DNA from: Selaginella moellendorffii
Taxonomy: Eukaryota; Plantae; Lycopodiophyta
Assembly (NCBI RefSeq): GCF_000143415.4
Contig: NW_003314314.1
Span: forward strand, 1,121,771-1,185,770
Direction of reading: 5' to 3'
Length of the DNA stretch: 64,000 nucleotides
Position 1 is the stretch's first letter. Every line of letters starts with the position of its first letter. This document shows positions 36,255 through 48,977 of this stretch, piece by piece. The notes under the pieces are model-generated. The model was not told where the DNA came from and did no database searches. It worked only from the letters and a program-made list of their open reading frames with translations. The translations under genes were made by a program, and so were the position numbers.

Positions 36255-37280
36255 TTGGGCATTCGCTAGTACCACAAGGTTCCTACCTTGTCCATGCAGG
36301 GTTACCACGAACCGATTGAACCAATCTATCCTAAAGATTACGTCAAATCCTACCATATCCAATATGGTGAAATCCATGTCTACTTTCTATGTCCTCACTT
36401 CGACTCTCGCTTGTCGAAGTACCTCATCAGTGCTTTGGCTACCTTGAACAAACTCTATAGTCCTTGGTTCTCCCAGCTGCTGCACCGTTAATTTGGCTTG
36501 CCAGACTATATCTACAGCCACAAAATTATCCGAAACACCCATGTCAATAAAGATCTTAACAACGCTACCTCCGACCTTCACTCAGAGGGCTAGTAGATGT
36601 CACAAACGACTCTCTACCAAAGTTGCTCGTATAATAAGTAACTTTGAGTTAGGGATTGAATCACATACCTTAGTTTGGATTTCACCCAACTTAATGGATA
36701 TATTAGCTTTGGCCTTCTTCGAGTAGGGACATTCCCTTGAGAAGTGTCCTACTTCACCACAGTTGTAACATACATTGTTTCCCACACTGCTAACCAATTT
36801 GCCCTTTTTATCCGTGGGTTTGTCTCTTTTTGCTTGACTCCCCCACGTACTCGCTCGTTAACCACCGAATTTGTTGCATGTGTTGCACCCAAGACTTGGG
36901 ATTTAGAGGGTCCCATAATCAAGTCTTGTGGTACGAAGGGATGTTAGGAACCTGGGGGCTTAGTGTGCTTGGCTGTTTGTGCCCACCGGGAGTGTAACCA
37001 AACCTTAAGTCCAGTCTAACTGAGGAGGGGGATTGAGAGAGATTTGGGAATCCACATTGGGGCCACCTAAGGAAGTGCTCAAGAGCAGCTCCCACTCCCG
37101 AAAGGGAAACCGACTGCAGTGCTCCCGGCTCATGTGGAGTGGTGCCCCACTTGAGTACCTTGCGACTCATTGGTCTTCACCCTTCCTAGAGGCTTGAGCC
37201 TTCCCTTCGGAATGGAAGTGGGGGGGTAGAGGTACCCATACCAGGTTGTTAGGCCACGGTGTTTTGCCCCGGCGTCCCGA
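36255..37280. mobile_element. Inverted gag-PR fragment (36255-~36870, minus) plus scrambled family-A LTR pieces (plus)
   Basis: Reverse complement of ~33180-33790, then LTR segments out of order. Confidence 0.8.
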
Positions 37281-38579
37281 ATTCAACACCTTGAACTAGG
37301 GTTTTTGTTACTCCAAATTGTTAATCCCTCTTAGCAAGTCATACAATTAATGTAATATGGTCCTATACATAAATGTGAAAGGCCTTAAATATCAAACTTT
37401 GTCCAAATCATCTTTTTGAATATGTGGGGATTATTTCCCCAACCTTGATACCCTCACCTCATGGCAAGTTTCAAGACCATGTTTCTACTATACTACTCTA
37501 TTTTGGATAGATGGACCTTTCCCATCTCTAACTTTTTACAACTTTAGACATTGGATAGTATTCATTATTCTCTAGGAATTTAGTCTTTTGGGCCTTATTT
37601 AATACCTTCATGATACCAAACACTACTTCTTTGATGTTTTAAGATATTTATATGTTTCAATGATGGACTTCCTAGATAATGAGCATTTATTGTTATGACA
37701 CTGACTCACTTTATTGCAATACCTTAAGGGATATATTTAATTTCCTTTTTATCTTGGCAAGAAGTCTATAAAAGTTAGCTCTTACTATTCCAACCAATTA
37801 GTCCAAACCTTTTCTTAGTTTCTTTATAATTATCATGTTCTACAACTCCTTATTAGTACTTCCACACCTTCATCAATATTTTGTCAAAACACCTAAATCC
37901 CATACTTGCCAACTTAAGTTATACCAATCGTATTTCCATTGGATTTCCTTTTGTAAGGGGTTCTTGTGACCTAGCCAACTTGATCTCAAGGCATCTTCCT
38001 TTGAGTTGGTGTCTCTACACTATCGGCTTTATGAGTTTATCTTCATAACATATTCCATTTGTGTCTATGCCTTTTACCAAGATTATATTTGTCATTTCTT
38101 ATACCAACTATTGGTTAAGCACTTCACTAACATATTTACATATAACCCTTTGCAAAAGTTACTTTCTTTTATAAATACCTTTTTCTGACTTTAGTATAGC
38201 ATCTTTCACCAATGAGATACTCACCATTCTCATACTTAGGTCTCAAGATCCTCCCAATGCTTGATTAGGTACAATACACTTCACTCTAACTATATCTAAG
38301 TCTTTGGGACTATCTTTAACTCCACTAAGTCATTCAATTTTTGGATATTGCTAATCTAATAACCCATAAGGTTCTAACCTTATGGCTAATTTTAAGATGC
38401 CACCACACTTGAATACAACTTTTTGTATTCATATCCCACTTATAAGGACCATTCTTGCAAGTATTACATTGATACTCAATTATCCTTCATTCCACGTGGG
38501 TTATCTTTGCCTCTTAGAACTATCATTCCATTGTGAGACACAAATCCCTAAGCTCCAAAGTGGAGTTAAAAGGGTGCTA

Positions 38580-39845
38580 TGTGGTAGTGGCTGAAGTGAA
38601 AACCAAATAAGCAAGACATGTTTGGACTAAAAGCTCTGACTTGAAAAGTCAAAAACAAGAATGAAACTCCCAACAAAGGGCTCAAGAAATAAGCTTGAAG
38701 TAAGCAACAAGTGAGTCTTTAGAAAATGGATTTGAGATGGACCTAAGAAGAACCCCAGATAGAGTTCGAGATGGACCCGAGATGGAGTCCCAGATGGAGT
38801 CCAAGATGGACCCAAGATGGAGTCCAAGATGGAGTTCGAGATGGAGTTCGAGATGGACCCGAGATGGAGTCCCAGATGGAGTCTAAGATGGACCCAAGAT
38901 AGAGTTCGAGATGGAGTTCAAGATGGACCCAAGATGGAGTCCGAGATGGAGTTCGAGATGGAACCAAGACCAAGACTGAGACTAAGACTGAGTTCGAGTC
39001 TGAGTCCAAGTCCGAATCTAAATACTAATACAAGCTATTAGGTGAAAGCCTAAAGCAATCGTCCCCTTGGGGGCGGAGGAGGGGGGGTTGTTGTAGGGGG
39101 TTCCAAAAGTATAGTAGGGAGAGTGTGAGGGTTGGACCCTAGTGGAGCCAATTTGGCCAGGAAAGGCCAGTGTGACCCAGGAAGGCTATGCTTACATATT
39201 GAGTGATAATATATCCATTGAGGAGTCCAAGGCTAGAGTGAATAAAGACTAACAAGCGGGGTAGCTTAGTGAAGTGTTCAAGAGCCGACTCTAATTCCCC
39301 CAGGACACTGAATGGTCGATACACCCAGTCCAAGTGTGAGTGGCACTACTTACATGGATATCTAGCATGGCTCAATGGAACCTTGCTCTAGCCCCATGAC
39401 TATAGCACCCAAAGGTAGAAAGTGGGGAGAGTACCCATGAGGCTCACGTAAGGCCATGATATTCTGAAATGTTGTCCCAAAGTCTTGGACTGTGGAAGGG
39501 AAGAGGAGCAGTCCTCTGGTGTAGTAACCAAGGATGCAGTCACATGGTGAGAAAGTCCTAGAGGACAATGGGACTTAGTGGTCAGGTCTGTAGGCCTTGA
39601 TCTAGTGGCAATGTTGGCAAACACAATTATGGATAGAAAGGGATTTGGTAGGCACTGAAAAAGGGATATTAGGGAAGGCTATTCCCCATGTCTGTTAGCA
39701 TCCTAAAGATGCTAAGGAGTGGATCTGGGATGATCACTCATGGACGGATGGCCTAATCTTTGAGAGACAGAACTGTGATGTAGGTGGTGTTGGATCATCG
39801 GTGTGACAAAGGTGAATGGGCATGGCCTTAGTGTAACAGGTTGAT
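38580..39845 (+). repeat. Family-B LTR-like repeat with GAGATGGAGTCC array
   Basis: Colinear with 2278-3750. Confidence 0.7.
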
Positions 39846-41330
39846 ATAATGTGGTGGCAGATGCCTTATCTCGTATTCGTCATATGACAATGTTACAAAC
39901 ACAGTTTTTCATCATTTGAGTAAGGTGGTCAGCGAGTTTGGGTAGTTAGTTGAGCATGCTCAAACTCAAGATGCTAAGGTGGCCTCTGCGAGACCAAATG
40001 GAAGCTCCTTTCTCATTAGTGGATGGGATTCTCTACTACAATGGCCGTGTTTATTTACCACAAGTGGATGTGTTAATTACTCAAGTTTTATTCCACTATT
40101 ATGATCATCTAAAGGCCGGTCATTTTGGGGAGGAAGAAGATGTATAAGTTGATTAAGCGCAATTTTTATTGGAGGAATATGAAGGGTGATATTCTTGAGT
40201 ATTGTAAATCATGCAAGCTTTGTCAATGAATAAAGGTGCTAAGGGAGAAGCCAAAGGGACTTTTGCAACTTTTACCTATTCCTCAAAATTATTGATATAA
40301 TATCTTTATGGACTTCATCACTTGTTTGTCACGAATATAGAGGCAAAAGGAGTAAGTATAGGTCATAGTGGATCCGTTGACGAAATATGTGCGGTTGTTG
40401 GCTCTTCAGAAGACTGTCACTGCCTCAAACTTAATTGCGGTCTACTTGGAAAAAGTTTTTCCTGATTTGGTTTGCTAGAAAACATCGTTAGTGATCGAGA
40501 TTCAAAGTTCACAAATGGATTTTGGAAGAGCTTTGCAAAGGCTATGCAAGTGACTTTGAAACTCTCAAGTGGAGATCATCCTCAAATGGATGGGCAAATC
40601 GAGCATGTGAATCAGGTGTGGAGGATATGTTACGTTGTAGCGTTGGTCAAAGGCAAGGATAGTGGGATCCATATCTTCCGTTGGTAAAATTTGCTCACAA
40701 CAATAGCAAACACAGTGGAACCAAGTTAAGTCCTTACTTTGCCATGTTTGGAAGGCATCCCTAAACAGCGGTGGAGTTGGGATTCCATTTGAGTAAGGAC
40801 GTTCAAGATAAGCTTGATTCAAAGATGACTAATTTGGCCATAGAACTTGATGAGATTCTAGTGGTGTGCAAATGGAATTTGCAAGTAGCTCAGGATAGAG
40901 CAGAGAAGTTTGCTAATGAGCATTGCCAATTCTAGGAATATAAGGATCTTGTTTTCGTGCGAGTGATCTTTTCATCAAGTGAGTAGCAGAACACCATAGT
41001 GCCTTTATAGACAAGGAAGAGTGATAAACTTTTCCCATCAATATGCTGGTCCATATGAAGTGTTAGAGTGCATTGGTAAAATGGCTTATTGGATGTGGTT
41101 ACCAGCTGGGGTGAAAATTCATTCGGTATTTTATATCAGCTAGTTGAAAGGTGTACTATCTTGGAGTGACGGGCCCAATGCCTCCTTGATGTATACGCCT
41201 ATGGAAGATGGACTAAGAGCTTGAGCAAAGTTCCCTAGAAAGGGTGATCACTGATACAACTCGTCCTTGGGACAAAGACTTTATTGGGGGGGAAGAATTG
41301 TTAGGCGTCAGCTTTGACCACATGGTCAAC
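39846..41330 (+). pseudogene. Degenerate Gypsy pol 3' half (RH end, integrase) + PPT + LTR start
   Basis: NVVADALSR, GILYYNGRVYLP, IVSDRDSKFT and HPQMDGQ motifs; ggggggaagaat-tgttagg. Confidence 0.8.
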
Positions 41331-42520
41331 ATCAGAGATTTACACTAGCAGCAGTAAGACTATCCTTCGAGGGGGAAGCTAGAAAGGCTGGAGGAGTGGT
41401 AGAAAGCATGGGTACTGTGGTGACTAAAAAGGAGGTTTGTTGGAGATAGTGCCCCCTGGAGTTGATCTTGCAGACTGCACAAAGGGGACTTTGTTATGAT
41501 CCGGCGCAAAAAGACAGAGATCTAGTTGCCCTAGACTATGATATGCCACCTCTTAAGGTTCCTCACCACCCAACCACTCCTGAGCTACCTCAAAAGTTCC
41601 ACTGCACCACTGCTCCACTGTGAGCCTTAGGGTAGGTTTTGTCCCTTACCCTAATATGCCTTAATATACCCTCCTTTGTCTCAATTGCATGCTTCCCAGA
41701 AGGTTTGGACCCCATCACACACCATACCGCCCATCTAGCATGGCTAAAAGCCTCCCACACAGGAACCCCAATGGACATGGATCCCCCAGCCGTGTTGTCC
41801 CCTGCACCTCATATGCCGCAGGACCGAGATATGGAGATGCATCGACATCATCCTCCTGAGAGAGAAAATGTAATAGTTATAAATGCAATAGAACAAGAAA
41901 GAAAACTTATGTTGAGATGGATCTTTCTTGCCTGTGTAGAAGTTAACCTCTAAAAGTCCTTGATGTTTCACAAGAAGAGATGCGATTTAAGGCTCATCTG
42001 CTGGGACTGAACACTATCAACATGCTCAAGGTTCGCTCCATATGATAGCTTTCACTTTCTTTTTCTACAGGTTGCCTTGTATGTCCAAGGATACATAAGG
42101 TTTGCCATTTCTTCTGTCCTCTTCTAGACGACAACGTTGGCAATAGCGCATGGTATTATGCAGCTCCGTCATCAGCCTAAAAGTTAGTCGTTTCACAAGA
42201 AGCTCATATAGCAATTTCCTTTTACTGTTGGGGCGAGGGGAAAACGAATGAGGCCACGGGAATTGGAGGTGTATGAGAGCTACATCAGGCTGTCTCCTAA
42301 CCTCATCTTGTTTTCAGGACCGCAAGGTCGTAAAGATTTTGATTCAATTCTCTTGGCCCTCGCGGTGTAGATTTTCCAGGAGGCACAATATTGGGTGAAT
42401 GTTTACAATGCAGTTTTCATGCCAAGGAAGCAGTAGAAGGGAGACAAGTTTGTTAAGCATATGCTAATTTCATCCAAGCCACTCGAAGCATTCAGTGCCA
42501 AGCCATCATCTCTCTGAGTG

Positions 42521-43309
42521 CTATGATACAGGGGGTGCCACAAGCTGAGGCGTGGCGGCTACAGCTGGGTCGGGAGGTTGAGCTGCATCGGCAGCAGGTT
42601 CGGGTAGTTTCTTCTTCTTGCTTTTCTTGGCCTCCTCGGCTGCTAGTTGCTCCTGGTATTGGCGGTTGAGCTCTTGCACTAAAGCTCTCTCCTCTTCATC
42701 CTCTTGGACAATCTGTGTCAAAGCCGCAATATTAAACTATGTCTCAAGTACTCGCTCTTTCTTTCTTTCTCACCTTGTCGAGCTTCAATACGTCCCTCCA
42801 GATGTTTGCTCCTTGTGGGCAACGAACGTACCTGGGCAAAAAACAGCCTGAATACACGCCTTACTTAGCAAGGAGTGAATTTACTACTCTTGTTCGTAGA
42901 GTTGCTCCTCAATAGGCGACTGATATTCGCACCGGTGCTCCACCCACAGATTGCTTGATTCTGGATCATCCTTTTTGGCATACCTGCAAAAGAACGAGAA
43001 GAATTTACAGCGAGCACCTCCCGAGTACGCATCACATTGTGCACCTCCTGACCAACGACCAGTCAATGGACCGACCGACCGAGCCATTTCGCGACACTGG
43101 ACCAGGGTTTAGACGAAAGGGTGGAAATACTTGACACCCAGAACAGCTGCAGTCAGCCCTAGCGGTGTTGTCAGCAAATCACTCGGCTGCAACGCAAGAG
43201 TTGATCAGAAATGTAGTTTGAACAACGTGCGCTCTTTCACCTTGACTCTGTACGCTAGCAGGTCATCCTGACCGGTGTAAAACGCGGGCGCCTTCTTCTT
43301 TGGAGCCAT
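42521..43309 (-). CDS. Small multi-exon hypothetical protein with coiled-coil/Lys-rich C-terminus
   Basis: Manual splicing gives MAPKKKAPAFYTGQDDLLAYRVK|PSDLLTTPLGLTAAVLGVK|YAKKDDPESSNLWVEH...|YVRCPQGANIWRDVLKLDK|IVQEDEEERALV... using GT-AG introns. Confidence 0.65.
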
Positions 43310-43386
43310 TGGTAAGCCCCAAGCGGCAACAGGCGTGGCACTACCTTTTAATGCGAAGAATATTCACATTCCTTTTTTTTAACACA

Positions 43387-45243
43387 TCAATTCCTGACAG
43401 CCGTTGAGACGAGGACGAACATAAGCTGCTCAAGACCGTATTGCAACTTCCCAACGGCAGCACTTCCATCGCTCTGGAGGTCACAGCACAGCCCGCGAGC
43501 CTCGTCCTCAATAGACTGGTACCTCGCAGAGGCGGGAGCTTGCTCCTCGATCACTTTCTCCTTGGCAGCCTGAAACGCTGCTACAACGTCCCCAATGCCT
43601 ACACAGCCGCTGCTCTATATAACCGGAAAATTGCTCGTAAAGGCTTACCCGTTACAAAGCTGTCTGAAATTGCTTCCATATCAGTAACCATATTGAGCGC
43701 CCGGCTCCTGACCACAAGAGCTTTGCTTAAGCAGTCCTTGGGCCATTCAAACTCGCGGCCATCGCTTTCTTTCGCTCCTGATTCCTCTGAGTTGCCTTCC
43801 CGGAGGGACCTGCTCAATAGCACGAGGTGCGACATGCAAACGGCGCACAGCTCCGATAGTCTCTGCACAAAATCCAAAGCTCTAGAGCTTGAACGGCAAG
43901 AGAAAAGAACAAAGGCCTTACGTGGACGCCTTCTGCTTTGATCGCTTCTATGCGATCCCACGTCTTCTGTATAACCTCACTGACAGCCAATCCTTCGAGT
44001 GTGGTGGTAAAGCTAGCATTTTAGAGGCGACCATGCGTACATGTGAGAGACAAAAGCCAACAAGCATACCTAGTCGCCATTTCCGCAGCTTTACTGACAC
44101 CAGCTTCACGTAGTGACTTCACCTCACTTCCATCTAGCAGCGATTCTGCTCCAATTTTCTTACCTTTATCACCATCGGCGGAGCAGTCACCACCATCTCC
44201 AAGACTCAACACGCGAGGAACCTGCTTGCACAGCTCGTCGAAAGCAGCGCGCTCTTCCGTAGACATTTTTGATTTTGCTCGGTTGCAGACCAGTGCGTAG
44301 TGACTGGAAAGAGCCTCCAGTTCCTGAATGCAGCGCATCTCTCCATCAGACGGAGGAGAGCCACTTGCTTACCTCAAGATGTTCTGGACCCCCGTAAATG
44401 TAGAAGCAGTGGTCAAAACTTGCATCTTCTGCTGCATTCTGTCGGTTTTCTGCTTGGTCCCCAACGCCGTCGAGCGCCAGAATATCCAGAGTCTCCTTCC
44501 CCACGAACTCCAAAGCCTTGAGACTCTTGGCGGTCAACTCCCTGCCGCTCTACAATCTAGACAAGTTTACGACGTCCAACAAACTTGAGCTCCTACCTGG
44601 ATGAGCTTGGGAGCAAGAGCACTTGCCTTGGCGCTCAGGCCCTCGCTGTGAACGCTACCCGCAAACACTTCGGCCGAGCTCTCAAGCCTGAGTAGATGAT
44701 GGTGGAAGTGTGAGCAAAGGCGTGCACACGTTTGCATACCTGTGGACAAAGCTCATCCCTCCTTTCCAGGCATTTCCCAAAGCCTGGTATGCCTCGGACG
44801 CCAAGTTCTCCACGGAAGAGTCCAAGACCTTGAGACCCTGGCACATCGCGGGGCTAGTTAGTGCTAGATTCACCCAGCCATGGGAGTGTACGTACGTGGC
44901 CGATGCTGGAATCCCTACTGGCACCCTCCAGCCTCTTGAGCGCATCCCTGCGTAGCCTGTCGCTGGGAGAATCGTCGTCTGCGCCTTGCGCATCCTTGGC
45001 ACTAGTCTCCTCGGCCTTGTCCGTGAGCGATTCAGCCAGCGTCGACTGCAAATCAGCCATGCCCTTGGCCGCTCCTTTGGCTGCCTCGACGGCCTGCAGC
45101 ACACACACATGGATCCACCAAATCCGAGCTTGCCTCGCACTCACATTCTTGGAGATGCCTTCCGCTGCCTTGTGCAGATCCGCAAGAGCTGCAAAGCCCC
45201 ACGATCCCCATCCCCAGCTCCCCTCCTCCCGCTGCTCCGTCAT
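43387..45243 (-). CDS. FAM114-like / plant BAT2-domain-annotated protein
   Basis: N-terminal GSWGWGSWGF, QGLKVLDSSVENLASEAYQALGNAWKGG, LEFVGKETLDIL and FDHCFYIYGGPEHLEELEALS motifs; short GT-AG introns; TGA at 43389-43387. Confidence 0.8.
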
Positions 45244-45313
45244 GGCCGACAAGAAACAAAACCCTAGGCTATGCTATGCCCACTTGTGTCATTACACTCT
45301 CAATCCAAGCAAG

Positions 45314-47388
45314 TTACAACTCTGGGGAGGCGGCCACCGGAGCAACCCGCCACGCCTGCCTTGACATCTTGAGCTTGTCCACCTCTTGCGATTGCAGCTC
45401 GCTGCCCTCGCCGTCTCCACCGCCGTCTCGTGATGCCGACGAGCCAACCCACATCGCATTTGAGAAGCAGCTCTCGTCGTCGTCACCACCCAGCACATGA
45501 TGGTGAGCAGCGGCCGCCGGAGCCGCAGCGGGAGCGGCATCGTCAACGGAGGCGTCTTGGTCGCTCGTGCTTGTCGACGAGTCGGAGGTTTCCACAGTGG
45601 GCTGGCCGAGGCTCACTTGCAAGAGCTTGTGCCGCCGCTCCAACACGCCCCTGTTGAAATGCGGCGGGGACGTTCGAGAGGTGGGCGACGCTTGCTTGTT
45701 TATGAGCTTGTTGAGCACTTTGTTGGAGGTGGCCACCTCCCCGCGCCCTGCTGCCGCCCGCGCTGACACCAAGCCGCCACCTCGTCTCTTTCGTCTGCTG
45801 CCTTGCTTCACCCTCTGGAAGCTATCGTTCCTCGTCGCGGGCTCGGCCTGGCTGCTGCCCTCCTCCATTTCAAACAGGTCGGACACATCGGCCAGCCACA
45901 TGGTTTGCTTGTCCTTCTTCAGAGCCTGCGCACGCGTCACCAGGCGGTGTAGCCTGGCCTCCGCCGCTTGCGTGTCTGGGCTCATGGCTGCTGCAGTTGC
46001 ATCCAGTGCCTGCTCTGCACGCGTCGAAACACCGTCCTCGTTGGCGATGACCGCAAGCCGGGAGCTTTTCTTCTGCGAGCCACCACCCTCGTTCAAGCCT
46101 CTACTCGTTACGTATAGTGCTACACGACGTACCTTGCCTCTGGACACCGCAGCTTCGTGTGGCACCACAGGTTTCAGAGCAGGAGCATACAAGCCAAAGG
46201 CACCGTCCGGCTTGCATCTCTTGCGAGACAGCTTGTGTACTTTCCATTCCTCGATCCTCGACAGGCACCGGCCGTCCAAACAGAGCTGAGTGAGGCACGT
46301 CAAGAGCGTCCGGATTTTGTAGCGGCTGCACATACCTTGCCAGGGTCCGGAAAGAAGCTGAACACTTTCTCCCGATAGTCACGAGCGTAGGTGACGGGAT
46401 TCCCTTGGAGGCAGAGCGACGAAAGGAAGCGCAAGCCGCCAAACCTCTCCAGCTCGCCAAAGTTGGAGATGGTGTTGTGCGAGATGTCGAGATGGCGGAG
46501 TAGGACAAGGGTGTCGATGCCCCTGGTAATGGAGAGCGCGTTGAACCTGAGGATAAGAGTGGTGAGAGAGGAGGACACCTGCGTGTGTCAAGGAAGTTGG
46601 TCAGGGAAGCCAAGCGTGTGACATCAAACCTGGTCTAGCCTGGACACGGACTGGATCCAGTTGAAGCCCAGGTCTAGAAACTTGATCTGCTTGCAGCTGC
46701 CAAGGTTGAGGACGTGCGTCAGCCTGTTCCTGCGGAGGTCGAGCACCTCCACAGCTGGTAGCAAGTGCAACGAGTCGTCCATGACGGGCAGCGCGTTGCA
46801 GGCGCACGAGACGGAGGCGAGGCGGCTCCACGGCTGCGCGCTGCCAATGTCCACCATCCGCTCGGCCAGGACATGGCGCAGAGCATCCTAGGTCCCCTAA
46901 AGGGCATCAAGGATTCAAGGTGGCAAAAGGCAATGTGGTCCACTTACCGTGGAGTTGTGGCAGATGAGCTTCTCCAGGTGGGGGCGGAGGTGGAGGAGGC
47001 CCCTGGCGGCGGAGGTGGACAAGTCGCAGCCCCGGAGCTCCAGCGACCGCAGCCTCTCGAACGGCAGCAGATTGATGGGCGTGGGATCCCGAGCAGGGGA
47101 TTGCACAAGCGACACGACCTTGACACTGGCCAGCAGCCCAAGGACACGGCGGAGCAGCTCTAGAGCCCGGTGGTCGCCAAGGTCCGCGATGTAAGCGCGC
47201 AGGTAGTCCACGGGCGCCGCCGTGTGCAGCTGCTCCAGCTCCTGCAGCGAATCCAGCCGCGCCTGGAGGTAGTGCAGGCCCAGCGGGTTGAGCTTGAGCA
47301 CCCTGCTCCCGTCCAGCAGCGCCGCGACGTTCTCCTCCACGAAGCGCGCCAGCATGTCCAAGTACCTGTCGCCCGTCACGATCTCCAT
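45314..47388 (-). CDS. STK11-interacting-protein-like LRR protein (plant 'outer arm dynein light chain 1'-annotated family)
   Basis: MEIVTGDRYL...LKLNPLGLHY...APVDYLRAY N-terminus, several LxxLDLxxNxI repeats and an LQGNP cap. Confidence 0.88.
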
Positions 47389-47527
47389 GGCCGCAGGCAG
47401 GGCGGCCTGGAAGCCCGACCTAAGAGAAGCGAATATTCCACCGGGGCAAGGGTCGTGGCCGTTTGACGAGTCAACCACAAGCGCTTGACACGCGGAGTCT
47501 TACTTTTGGAGGGCGTCGCCAATCGCC

Positions 47528-47963
47528 ATGGCGGGAGACGACGACGCCGCAAATGTTCGTGTCAGGCTGCTCGTCAAGGCGGTCCCGGTTCGGAATTACC
47601 TGGTAGGTAAGAGAGCACGAAGGCCCCCTTCATTTTCACCTGCTGCGTTGCCACCTTTACAGGAGGATAATGTTGTGCCCTTGCTCATGCAAGGGATGCA
47701 AAGCTTGATTGTGGATAGGTTTGTATACATACATATATGCCTTGTTACAAGTGGAGTCTTTCAGGCCTCCCAACCCGGTTGGGTACTTGGGTGAGTTTCT
47801 GGTGCGGAATGACCCCATGAGACCACCAGAACCCGAGAAGAAGACAGAATGCGAGCACTGCGCACACTCTCCGCCGCCGCTGCCGACTCCTCCAGCTACA
47901 GAAGCTCCCAAGACAGACGAAGCTACCCCGGACGGAGACTCCGCAGCAGCACCACCAGCATAA
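47528..47963 (+). CDS. Dpy-30 motif protein
   Basis: Spliced PVRNYL|EDNVVPLLMQGMQSLIVDR|PPNPVGYLGEFLVRN matches the Dpy-30 dimerisation motif; two short introns. Confidence 0.85.
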
Positions 47964-48105
47964 ATAACGTTCAGCCTAGTCGTCGTCCCCATGAAAATAC
48001 AATTCCCTTGTACGATGCCGTACGGAGCCGTGTGCCTCTTGACGTGGCGCCAAACATTTAAACATTTGAAGTCGCGCCTCTTGCCAAGCCCTAATATACA
48101 GGAGG

Positions 48106-48865
48106 ATGAGGAGGAAGAAGAGGCCGCACAAGAAGCGTGCCCGGAAGCGCAGCAGGGTTTGCGGGAAGCGTAAGGGGAAAACGATTTGTAAGGGTGAAAT
48201 GATCTGCAGCGACAGTGGCCTTGAGGCAATTAAGAAGCGCGTCGAGGTAGCAACCAGCAACAAGGAGGACGAGCCGACGTCCGCCACAGCGGGGGCATCA
48301 GCGTGTGGGATTTGCTTTACGGACGATAGAGAGAGGGGGAAGCTGGATTGTTGTGACCATTTCTTTTGTTTTGGGTGTATTGTGGAGTGGTCAAAGCTGG
48401 AGTCTCGATGCCCGATGTGTAAGCAGAGATTCATGACGATTGTAAGGTCCACTCATCCTGGACAGCCTGCCAGCCGAAGCCGAACCATTCATGTGCCTAT
48501 GCGCGATCAGGTACTTGGCTTTCATGATCCACCAGCGCGATTCTAACTTTGGACTCCAGGTCTATGAGCCCTCGGACGAAGAAGTCCGGGATCTAAGCGA
48601 TCCGTATGCAAACATTGTGTGCGTTCAATGCCAAGAGATTGGTGACGAGGGCCTTCTCCTCTTGTGTGATTTGTGTGATTCGGCAGCACATACTTATTGC
48701 GTGGGTCTGGGAGTTTCAGTTCCTAGGGGCGACTGGTTTTGCCAATGCTGTAGGGCTTCTTTTCTAGGGAGCCCCAACCTTAGCATTACTGCTGCTCCCA
48801 CTCAAGAACATCAGCCTTCTGCCCACCAACATGCCCAGCAACAACACCCGCTCGAAACCACCTAA
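48106..48865 (+). CDS. RING (C3HC4) + PHD finger protein
   Basis: RING CGIC...CDHFFCFGC...CPMC; intron 48511-48559; PHD CVQC...LLLCDLCDSAAHTYC...WFCQCC. Confidence 0.9.
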
Positions 48866-48977
48866 ACAGCAAACGTGAAGAGGGAGAGAAAGAAAAAAAG
48901 AAAGAAGAACACAGCAGATTAAACATGGCTAGCAACTACATGGCATTTGCCATTTTATTAACTTTGGCGAGTACGGC

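Noticed and set aside
2288-39041. SRTPS/LELGL/SPRS-type ORFs in the ORF track
   Set aside because: They are translations of LTR hexamer/dodecamer tandem repeats, not genes.
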